Of a stretch of 64,000 bases of DNA, positions 50,987-61,152 are shown one piece after another. Numbering within the stretch: position 1 is the first letter of the stretch; every line of letters begins with the position of its first letter. Origin of the DNA: Felis catus. Lineage: Eukaryota. The stretch lies in NCBI RefSeq assembly GCF_018350175.1, contig NC_058368.1, forward strand, positions 66,714,001 to 66,778,000. Direction: 5' to 3'. The notes beneath the pieces are model-generated. The model ran no database searches. It was given only the letters and a program-made list of their open reading frames with translations, and was not told where the DNA came from. Both the position numbers and the translations under genes were made by a program.

Positions 50987-51580
50987 AGCAAAAAGCTTAA
51001 GACTATTCTCAGAAACGTTCAAGTATATAATACTGAACTAGTAACTATAGTCACCATGCTATATATTAGATTCTCAGAACTTATCTCCTTATAACCGAAA
51101 ATCTGTACCCTTTGACCTGTATCTCCGCATTGCCCCTCCCCCCAACCCCTGGCAACCACCACTCTTTCTGTTTCTATACAATCAGCTTCTAAAGAAATTA
51201 TTATGGGGCACCTGGATGGCTCAGTTGGTTAAGCGACCAACTTCGGCTCAGGTCATGATCTTGCAGTTTGTGAGTTTGAGCCCCTCATAGGTTTCTGTGC
51301 TGACAGCTCAGAGCCTGGAGCCTACTTCAGATTCTATGTCTCCCCCTCTCTCTACCCCTCCCCTGCTCAGGCTCTGTGTCTGTCTCTCAAGAATAAATAA
51401 ACATTAAAAAAAAGAAATTATTATTATTCCACATATATGTTAATCTGTATAGTATTTGTCTTTCTCTGTCTGGCTTATTTCACTTAGCATAATGCCTTCC
51501 AGTTTCCCCTATGTCATTACACATGGCCGGATTTCCTTCTTTTCTATGGCTGAATAGTATCTGTGCATGCGTGCGTGTGT

Positions 51581-51624
<44 letters not shown>

Positions 51625-51650
51625 ATCATCTTTCTTTATGCATTCACCTA
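50780..51650 (-). mobile_element. L1MA-type 3' end, interrupted by a SINE and (TG)n tracts
   Basis: taactatagtcaccatgctatatattagattctcagaactt; tggcttatttcacttagcataatgcc. Confidence 0.88.
51205..51410 (+). mobile_element. CanSINE inserted in L1
   Basis: 14-bp TSD aaagaaattattat at 51191-51204 and 51411-51424. Confidence 0.97.
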
Positions 51651-51754
51651 TAGAAATCATTTTTTGACCTGCTACATTCTACAAAATACTCAATTGATAT
51701 GTGAATCCTACATGAACATAAACATTTTTCTTAATGGTCAACACAAAATTAGGC

Positions 51755-52640
51755 CTTTATTCATTTATTCTGAGTACTTTCTAAATGCCAGGTCCCATGC
51801 TTGGCTTTCAGGATGTGGTGTTGAACAAGAACTTCCTTCATGAAGTGTGTGTGCTTTAGAAATGGGAGAGACAGACACACAAAATGATAAACTAAAATGT
51901 GATAAATGCCATGAGTGAATGATGAAATGAGAGCCTATTGATGAAAATGATTACTGTTCTCTGGGAGAGTGTGTGGTATAGAGTGAAGGTGGGATAGAAG
52001 AGAAGGTGGTGTATATAGAGAAAAGGTGGTATAGAGTGAAGGTGGGAGATGAGCCAAAATATAGACCAAAACTGGATTGTGACAGAATTTATATGCTACA
52101 TAAAATTTTAGGGTTAGGCTCATAGGAAGACACACAGGTAATTAAGCAGAGGAATGACATAGTTACATCTGTAATTGAGAAAAATGGCTGGAGGTAGTGA
52201 AGAAGATGAACTGAAAGCAGAAACCATGGAGGTAAATGCTAATTAAGAGGTTATTGGAGTGGTTGAGCAGAGAGATCGCCAGTGGTATCTGAGTACATCT
52301 GAGTACATCTGAGTGTATCACCAAGGGTTTAAGAGTACTGACAATGGAGGGCAGATGGATTCCAGGGCCATTTCAGTAAATTTACAAGATTTGTGCATAA
52401 GGTTGGGCTTGATGTTAAGTACAAAGAACCTTAGTTACCTCAGAAGTTTCTGGCCTCTGTGACTTGGTGGATGGTGGTGGCCTTTAGTAAGATAACAAAG
52501 AAAATGTGTTTTGCTTTAGTCCAAATTGGAAATATGAATTAGTTGCCTGTAAAAGAGGCAATTGCTGGAGAAATGGGTTGGAAGTCATTTCCAAAGAGGT
52601 GGTATTCAAAAGTGTAGAAGTGGACAAAAGCATCTACCCT
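51755..52640 (-). mobile_element. Decayed L2
   Basis: ttcatttattctgagtactttctaaatgccagg; ttaagcagaggaatgacatag; gtttctggcctctgtgacttggtggatggtggtg. Confidence 0.7.
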
Positions 52641-53289
52641 GGCATTGATTGGTGAACATTCCAATATGGCAGGCTAATTGGCCAAAGGTAGCCCTGGTTT
52701 GGGCAGATTGCATGAGCTGGTTGTATTATTCCTGATACCTTAGGATTTAACTTCCAGTGGAGAAAGTTAGGTTTATTTTGCCACTGCACTTCGTGGTTGA
52801 CGTTTCTTATAAGCTGTACATGCAGCCCAAACAGACTCAGACAGGTGGTCTAGTTCCAATTCTTGCTACTGCAAAATGAGACTCTAGACTTCAACAGAGA
52901 CAGGGAGAGGCAAGAGCTGATCCAGAAGTTTGCATTGCATCCAACTTAGACCTAAAGCTCTGAGCTCAGCGTCTAAGAATTAGCCAACTTACTATACAAT
53001 AAGTTGTGAAGGCATTTTAAGAGCCATCCTTCTGACAGTGTTGCTGAATCATGGACCCACCAGCAGACTCTGGGGCATTAGGACACTTTCCTTTGGGTCC
53101 TAGGACCCACAGACAGAAAAGCCTGTGACCACTTCAGGTACCTGGAAACCCGTTGTATATGCTTATTAGAGCCTGAAACTATGGCATCTCCCCAGTCTGT
53201 AGGTCATGCCTTTAAAGATGCTCTTTCCAAATATAAAGTGTGGGTGAAGGTTGACTCACATTAGACCCCATATCAGAGGTGGCTTTGCA

Positions 53290-53500
53290 GAGGCGTTAGG
53301 AGACTAGACTCTCTGAATCCTGGCACCATTAATTACTGCCTCTGGGTTTCGGGCCAATAGCTTACCTGCTGTATGCCCGCATTTCCCATGTATGAAATGG
53401 GTCAACAACTGCACTTAACTCAGGAGTAGATCAGACAGTCTATGTGAAGTGCTTAGAATAATACCTAGCACATTGTAAGCACTGGATAAATATTAGCTTT
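53290..53500 (+). mobile_element. MIR
   Basis: tgaatcctggc...tatgaaatggg...tgtgaagtgcttagaataatacctagcacattgtaagcact. Confidence 0.8.
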
Positions 53501-53742
53501 CATTATTTTTTGTACCAAATTTGGATTGATTCATTGAGTAAAATAGCCAGGGCTGCCGTTTCTTCAGAGTATTCTTTCTCAGGATTGTTAAGACTTCTGT
53601 GACTCTGGGGACTTTGTCCACTGCCTTCACATTTTCAGTAGAGATGTGCCTATAGGGCAAGTAGGACTTTGGTTGTGTGAGGACTTTGGAATGACAGGTC
53701 ATTGTACTCATTTTTCCAAAGTACTTTAGTTTGGCAATTTCT

Positions 53743-53973
53743 CTATCATTAAAAAAAGATTAACACTTGACATGATAAGAAAGTCAGATCAACAAAAACC
53801 TTTGATCCAGGAGATAGGATAAGATAGAAAGTCACAGGCTTCTATGGGCCAGACATATAACGAGGCTGACTTCTAGGAAAATGCCTGCTGATGACTCAGT
53901 TTATCTGTAAAAGACAAATCAAGCAGAGACTAATCATGAAAGAAATGGATTAATAGTGTTAAAGATTAGATAG
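53743..53973. promoter_or_regulatory. Second GATA-site cluster with an AP-1 site, candidate enhancer
   Basis: WGATAR at 53743, 53773, 53812, 53822, 53901, 53968; TGACTCA at 53892. Confidence 0.45.
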
Positions 53974-54283
53974 GAAGGAAAGGCATTAAAGGGAGAGATT
54001 GTCATGGTCAATAAGAATAAGGAATAGAATGACCCCAGCCTGAATAATCTCATCCGATCATTTGGTTGATGTGCTGCTGATGGAAAAAAACATTGAAGAG
54101 CAAAGAAAAAGAAGTCAAAGGGCAGGCAAGTCCCCATCTGTCTGGCTTTCAACCTTTCCCTGGCAAAATGTGGGGTTGAACTAAATGACCTCTATGGCTT
54201 CTTCCAGCGTTGTCATTGTATAATTGTACAATTCCACTGTGGAGAAAGAGAAGTCCAGGGCTGGAGTTATTACATATGTACAT

Positions 54284-54284
<1 letters not shown>

Positions 54285-54318
<34 letters not shown>
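54285..54318. repeat. (CA)n microsatellite
   Basis: Direct reading. Confidence 0.95.
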
Positions 54319-54321
<3 letters not shown>

Positions 54322-54701
54322 ACCTAATCATGCACAAACATCACAGCTGCTTATTATTTTCTCAATTATCAAATTTTAATTTCATACCCCTTGTGTATTA
54401 GTGAGGGTTTAGCTTTGTTCCTTCCCAGCAGTTATGATTTAAATCAGCTCGGAGCCACAAACTGTAAGACCTTTCCCATGTTTGCTCTTTTTGTCATTCC
54501 CTTTGTTTCACCATGGCAGTTAAAGGGAAAATCCTGCGGATGAAATGAGGCCTGGTGCTTGTCTTTTTCTGGGCTAAAGAGCAGGAAGCCTGGAAAGACT
54601 GGCTCCCCCACAGCTAGGTTGGGGGAATAGCACCTTACAGGAAGGCTGGATGGTGTTGGTACCGAGAAAAAAAACCAAGCTGTGTCCAAGGATCTAATGG
54701 T

Positions 54702-54815
54702 GAAAAGAAAAGAAGAGAAGAGAAGACAAGAGAGGAGGGGAGGGGAGGGGAGGAAAGGAAAGGAAAGGAAAGGAAAGGAAAGGAAAGGAAAGGAAAGGAA
54801 AGGAAAGGAAAGAAA
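54702..54815. repeat. Polypurine tract: (GGGGA)n then (GGAAA)n
   Basis: Direct reading; about 110 nt of almost pure purine. Confidence 0.95.
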
Positions 54816-55149
54816 TCTAGGTCATGAACTGCTGGTCTGATCTACAGCAGGGCTCTGGAGCCAAGGCCGTGTACAATGCCATATTTCAAAGAGTCCCTTG
54901 CAAGCTCTAAAACTATCTCAAGAAAAATTGCCTTTGACAGTTTTGAGAGGCAGCCACTTACCTGAGACTGGCGTCCTCTGGATTTGTTTTGTTTTGCTTC
55001 ATGTCAGACACATTCAGAAAGTTTTGCTCTAGTGTTCTGTTATTTTGAACTAATTTTTCACTTAAAGTTTCCATTTCTTAAAAAAAGCCTAGATGGATAT
55101 GAGATGAAGTATTTGTACACAGTAAATCACTCAAAAACTAAAAAGTGAG

Positions 55150-55580
55150 CATATCAGTTTCCTACTGTGGCTGTAACAAATTGCCACGAATGAGTGGCTA
55201 AAACAACCCAACTCTGGAGGTCAGAAGTCAGACTTGGGTCTCACTGGGCAGATGTCTGTGTCAGCAGGCTGCTTTCTTCTTTGGAGACTTCAGGGGAGAG
55301 TCTGTTTCCATGCCTTTCCCGCTTTCTGCAGGCCACCTAGGTTCCTTGGCTTGTTCTTCCATCCCTCCACCCTTAAAGTCAGAAGCACTGCATCTCTTAG
55401 ACTTTTCTTTCACCACATCTCCCTCTGTCCACAGCCAGGAAAAGTTCCTGGTTTTAAGTTCTCATGTGATAAGAGGGTGTCTCACGGATAACCCAGGGTA
55501 ATCTCCCTCACGCAAGGCCTTTAACCGAGAGACATCTGCAGTGGGTATTTTTTGGGGCAGGGGCATCATTCTGCCTATCT
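55150..55580 (-). mobile_element. MaLR LTR (MLT1C/D-like)
   Basis: gctgtaacaaattgccac...gtggctaaaacaac...tctggaggtcagaagtc...ggataacccagggtaatctccc. Confidence 0.85.
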
Positions 55581-55804
55581 GCAATTAGAGTATTCTAATC
55601 GCTCTATTTTAAAATAATGCCTAGTAGGAGGTTTTCTGTTCAAGCCCACGGGATGCTAGATGGGCTATACTAAGTTTCTATCTAGAATCCAAATTCTTGC
55701 TTCTTACAGTCGTGCTCAATAGGTAGTACACCTGTCATTATTCCTCCCTAAATTATTATTTACCCTTGGGTTATACAGTTGGATGACCTCATTTCCCTCA
55801 TGCA

Positions 55805-55807
<3 letters not shown>

Positions 55808-55842
<35 letters not shown>
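55808..55842. repeat. (CA)n microsatellite
   Basis: Direct reading. Confidence 0.95.
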
Positions 55843-55844
<2 letters not shown>

Positions 55845-55959
55845 GGATCACAGAATAGGCGTCCTCAGTTGAAGAGCACATTTCTTATAATCCAACACAG
55901 TGTCCAAAGTCTTTCTGTAAGAAACATAAGGAACTTCTATGATTGCTTCGTTTCTTAAA

Positions 55960-56278
55960 TTTCACATCATATGTATATCCCTTTCCCTAACCGACTTACT
56001 TCACTTGGCACACTACAGTTGAGCTCCATCCACATCGCTGCAAATGGCAAGATTTCATTCTTTTTGATGACTGAGTAATATTCCATTGTATGTACATATC
56101 ACATCTTTATCCATTCATCGGTCAATGGACATTAGGGCTCTTTCCATAGTTTGACTGTGCACTTGTTGTGCTGAGCTCCAGATATTGTATGTAAGTGTTG
56201 GATCCCTAAATAGTACACCTGAAACTAACATTACACTGTTTGTTAACTAGCGGGAATTTAAATAAAAACTTTTTAAAA
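55960..56278. mobile_element. Short carnivore L1 with inverted 5' part (55960-56159 minus; 56160-56278 plus)
   Basis: Reverse L1 segment (caaatggcaagatttcattctttttgat...) abuts a forward L1 terminus (cctgaaactaacattacactg...atttaaataaaaac). Confidence 0.8.
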
Positions 56279-56813
56279 ATACCCAATAAAAATGTAAGCA
56301 ACTGGAAGTTAATGACGGTCTGATTTACTTTGTAATGTTCTGTGCTCCATGATCTTGCACATAGTATGTACTTTAACAATCTACTTGAACAGTAGTTCAA
56401 TGATTAGAGAAATTTGGTAGATGTAAAGATACCTCAAAATCTGGAAGACCTGGAAGGCAGAACAATTGGTTGTCTCATATATAACACCTGGGGAAAGGAC
56501 TTGTATGTCAATCCCAAAGAGTTTCATTGTTTAATCCATATTTTTCTTTTTAAAAATGTGTTAATAAAAAAAGTTTAGCATGATATAAACAATCCTTCTA
56601 TTTTCAAAATGGAAAAAAAGTATATTTTGTATCTACAAAGAAAATGCACAGCCACAAATTATCCCCTATTAATATTCTAATGAACATCTTTTTATATTTC
56701 TCTATGCATGCAGACTCAATCCTACGTACATAACACAATGCAGATTTTGCTTCTATTGTCGACATCCAACAATGTGTTTTGGAGTTTTTTCTATGTCAGT
56801 GAATATAAATATA

Positions 56814-56968
56814 CAGATGGTGCTTAACTTATGATGGTTCATCTTACAAGTTTCTGACCTTTGATGGTACAAGAGGGATGTACATTCAGCAGAAACCACA
56901 CTTCAAATTTTGATTTTGATCTTTTCCTGAACTAGTGATATATGGTATGATGTTCCCCCAAGATGCTG
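56814..56968 (+). mobile_element. MER82-like TcMar-Tigger fragment
   Basis: ta|cagatggt...acttatgatggttc...cattcagcagaaacc...aattttgattttgatcttttcc matches my recall of the MER82 5' end. Confidence 0.75.
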
Positions 56969-57313
56969 TCTGTTGGTACTTAATGTTGCATTGTTGAAAA
57001 AGTGGGATTGATATATACCCTCCACTTTTAAAACTGATTTTATCATTACTGGCTTCACAAAGAGAGCTTAGAAGCTGTCTTTCTTCATGGTCTGAAAAGT
57101 TTAAGTAACAAGGGCTCCATGAAGATTTGAAATTATTCAACCCTGAAACAAACTAGAACTACCACATTTTGGTGTGTAGGGAGGAGGAGGTAACTCTTTG
57201 ACATCGTCTATTTCTTCCATATTTATTGGTCTGTTTTTTTAGGGTTTTGTTTCATTTTTGTTCGTTTATATTTTTATAGAAGTCAGTGCATTAAATACAA
57301 ATTTAGCAAATTT

Positions 57314-57710
57314 GGGGCACCTTGGTGGCTCAGTCAGTTAAGCATCTGACTCTTGATTTCAGCTCAGATTATGATCCCAGGATCGTGGGATTGAGCCCAT
57401 GCACTGAGCATGGAGCCTGCTTAAGATTCTCTCTCTCAGAGCACCTGGATGGCTCAGTTGGTTAAGCGTCTGACTTGGGCTCAGGTCATGATCTTGGAGT
57501 TCGTGAGTTCGAGCCCTGCGTCGGGCTCTGTGCTGACAGCTCCGAGCGTGGAGCCTGCTTCTGATTCTGTGTCTCCCTCTCTCCCTCTGCCCCTCCTCCT
57601 CTCTCTCTCTCTCAAAAATAAACACTAAAAATTAAAAAAAAAAGTTTTTCTCTTTCTCCCATTGCCTCTGTCCTCCACTTGCACACTCTCTCTTTCTAAA
57701 AAAAGAAAAA
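57314..57710 (+). mobile_element. Older CanSINE split by a nested SINE
   Basis: Head at 57314-57437; (CT)-rich body and A tail resume at about 57642-57710. Confidence 0.85.
57438..57641 (+). mobile_element. CanSINE nested in the preceding SINE
   Basis: Complete head-to-tail copy between aagattctctctctc and aagtttttctctttctc. Confidence 0.92.
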
Positions 57711-57730
57711 CAATTTAAAAACCAAATTTA

Positions 57731-57963
57731 GGGGCGCCTGGGTGGCGCAGTCAGTTAAGCGTCCGACTTCAGCTCAGGTCACGATCTCGCGGTCCGTGAG
57801 TTCGAGCCCCATGTTGGGCTCTGTGCTGACAGCTCAGAGCCTGGAGCCTGTTTCCGATTCTGTGTGTCTCCCTCTCTCTCTGCCCCTCCCCCGTTCATGC
57901 TCTGTCTCTCTCTGTCCCAAAAATAAATAAACGTTGAAAAAAACTTTTTTTTTAAATAAAAAG
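57731..57963 (+). mobile_element. CanSINE
   Basis: 15-bp TSD taaaaaccaaattta at 57716-57730 and 57964-57978. Confidence 0.97.
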
Positions 57964-60289
57964 TAAAAACCAAATTTAAATACTTTTCAAAGCATTTTGT
58001 CATAATTCTCTAATTTTCTCAGCATCTGGAGGTGATTCACCCATTCTGATTCCTAATTTGGTTACTTGTGCCTTTTCTCTATTATTTATCAGGCTAGCTA
58101 GTGAATTATTTATTTATTCCCAGCTTTCTGCACATATTATTGATATATAGTACATGAAAGTTTAAGGTGTACAATGTGATGATTAGATACATGTATATAT
58201 TGCAAAAAGATTACAAGAATGTTAGATAACATATAGTAACTTATTAGCTTTCTCTTTTTTCTCATATAAGTAATTATTTGACTTCTTGTATAAAAGGTAC
58301 AGCACGATGAATTCTAGTCAAATTTACACTGATAATTGGAAAAAGTCTTAGCAACAGGTGAGATTAAGAGACTAAACACTCCAAGAAGATACCATTTGGG
58401 CTCAAGTGGCTCCAATGGGAATATAGCCATCCAGAGCTTAGCTGCTTTCTCCAAAAGACAAATATGTAACCAAATAAGAATGTCTGGTTTGGAATTGAGT
58501 ACGGACTTGTAGCTGCTCATGGAATAGACACACAAGATTCACTTTCAAATCAATTTTTTTTACCCTTTTTTTTTCCTTATTCTCTTCCGTGCCTCACCTT
58601 TCCATCTTCTTTGGCCATGCCACTCATCTTTCCCACGTATCAAATGGAACTACAAGAAAAGTTTGTAATCAGCTATTTTATAGAATCCTAGGTATACTGC
58701 TAAAACACATTCAACCTGAAGATTCTGTATAATTTTCATCTGGGGATGAAAGGGAAAATTTAAAAAAACTACACAGTGGGTGAGGGTGAGGAACAGGGAA
58801 ACCGTGCTCTGGGTTTGCAGCTTCCGTTCTGGGAGTCAGAAGGCAATCATTTGCTTTTCATTTGGCCTCCAGGAGGCAGTGAGCCTCACCCTCAGGGCTA
58901 TAGTGTTGGAAGTTATGCGAATGATGAGCAGAAGTAAGGTTCCTGTGAGTGACTTACCAGTAGTTACCATTTCAAAATTATTGTTTCGTCATAAATACAG
59001 TATCTCATTTAGTTCTTACAGCAACCGAGCCGGGAAGGTATTCCCATGTTTGCGGTTAGGAAAATGTGAATTACCTGTGTAATAAAGGTAGTCAAATAGT
59101 CAGGCGTCAGCACCAGAAAATGATCCCAATTCCTGCTGACTTTAAAATTGTTCTTCTTTTTTTTTTTTTTGTCGTGCTGTATCGTCTTCCTGAGATCCAG
59201 GAAGGACTGGTGCTATCGTGACAGTCATGTAGACGGGGCCATCACTAGGATCTCTGCAAATCCCATTGACAATTATCAATACGCTGTTATTTGTTGTCGC
59301 TCGGATAGACTCAGCCTTAGTAAAAAGTTACCTGTGTGTGTATGATTCAGAAATTGTAACTATCCCATGACAATCTATATATACAGTGGACCTACAGCCA
59401 TGACTGTTAGATACCATCGACTGGGGAAATGGCTCTTGACATTTTTGTCCATTTACCACCAGCTTGCCTCACCACAAGCCAGACGGAAGGCTCTGTTCTC
59501 TCACACAGAACTGTCAAATTTTATTATATAATCTTTGGTGCCATTGACTTCAATTTTTACTAGAGTCAGAGCAACTAGTACTTCCAGTGCTGGATCTACA
59601 ACATTTTGCATAATTTCTGGCGCATTTGACACTAAGTATATGTATAGATATCTCAATGGGTCAAATATTTTTACAGATTCCAACCACTCTTTGAGATCAA
59701 ATGGGAAAGGCTTAAATTTAGCTTTCTAGTTCATGTATTATATGAAAAATAACTGAAAGTAATCCTTTCACACTAGAGACATTTATGATCATTTACAAAC
59801 TATAAACCGATTAAGAAGAAATGCAATAATCACTTTTAATTTGGAAAAATCCAATCTGTAGAGGAAGACTAACTCAATATGACATAAACTAAAGTCTTTG
59901 CCAGCTGGGGACCGTTTTCCATCCAAACTGTTAGAGCGTACAAGAGCTTACTAATCCAAAAGCATCTACCAGTTTAGTAAAACCACGTCAAGTCTCAGCC
60001 AGTGAAAGAGCTGACATGAGCTTTGTACTGGAATTGTGTATCTGCCAAATCTGTGAATGATACCAAATTGATCATCTTTTCCCTACTGCTTCGAATGTCA
60101 CCTTATCCTATACCAACGCTCCACGTGTCTTTGAGTCTCTTTCCAGACTTTGTTCTGGTCCATTGCTTTGTGTATTCATACTAATTATAGTATCTTGATA
60201 ATATATTTTAATATCTTGTAGGACTTGTCCCTCTTCTTTATTAAACATTTTAAAGGTTTTCTTGAGCATTTTTAAACATTTACTTTCTA

Positions 60290-60536
60290 GGGGCACCTGG
60301 GTGGCTCAGTCAGTTGAGCATCCGACTTCAGCTTGGATCATGATCATGATTCATGAGTTTGAGCCCTGCATCAGTCTCTGCATCAGCCTGCATCAGGCTC
60401 TGTGCTGACAGCTCAGAGCCTGGAGCCTGCTTTGGATTCTGTGTCCCCCTCTCTCTCTGCCCCTCCCCCGCTCATGCTCTGTCTCTCTCTCAAAAATAAA
60501 CATTAAATTTTTTTTAATTTAAAATTTTTTTTTAAA
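60290..60536 (+). mobile_element. CanSINE with internal micro-duplications
   Basis: 20-bp TSD ttttaaacatttactttcta at 60270-60289 and 60537-60556. Confidence 0.96.
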
Positions 60537-60604
60537 TTTTAAACATTTACTTTCTATATGATACTTGGAAATAGCTTAATTAGTTTTTTAAAAAATCCCG
60601 CTAA

Positions 60605-60800
60605 GGGGCACCTGGGTGACTCAGTCAGTTAAGCGGCCAGCTTTGACTTATGTCATGATCTCCTGGCTCGTGGGTTTGAGCCCGGTGTTGGGCTCTGTGC
60701 CGACAGCTCAGAGCCGGGAGCCTGCTTCGGATTCTGTCTCCTCTCTCTGCCCCTCCCCCACTCGCACTCTCTCTTAAAAAAATAAACACTGAGAAAAAAT
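60605..60800 (+). mobile_element. CanSINE
   Basis: Full-length; flanks aaaaatcccgct / aaaaatcctgct. Confidence 0.95.
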
Positions 60801-61019
60801 GTTTTAAAAATCCTGCTGGTCTTTTAAGTTGGATTATGATAAGTTTAGAGATGAATTAAGGGAGGATGGATTTATTTAGAATGAGGAATCTTACCAGAGG
60901 AGAGTGTGTCTTTCCCTTTATTCAAAACTTCTTCAGGACTCACAGGAGAAATTCAGAATATACATATCTTACACACACATACACACACACATCTTTGAAT
61001 TTACCACATTTTATTGTAA

Positions 61020-61152
61020 TTTTCTCTCTACTTGTCATTTTCCTCCAGTAGATTGTCGGTTCTTTAAGGGGCAGCTCTTCGCTTATTATTGTAACCCAGA
61101 ACCCTGGGCGGTGCTAACATATTGTGAATGGTCAATAAATACATGGATGGAG
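61020..61152 (+). mobile_element. L2 3' end
   Basis: ctccagtagattgt...ttaaggggcag...tcaataaatacatggatgga. Confidence 0.6.

Larger units (their letters stand above)
60130..60935 (-). mobile_element. Decayed L1M ORF2 fragment, interrupted by two SINEs
   Basis: ttctggtccattg, atcctgctggtctttt, ttaagggaggatggatttattta are reversed L1 ORF2 motifs. Confidence 0.6.

Noticed and set aside
59148..59345. ORF following a T-tract (RSRKDWCYRDSHVDGAITR...)
   Set aside because: No clean acceptor and donor pair, and the peptide is unrecognised
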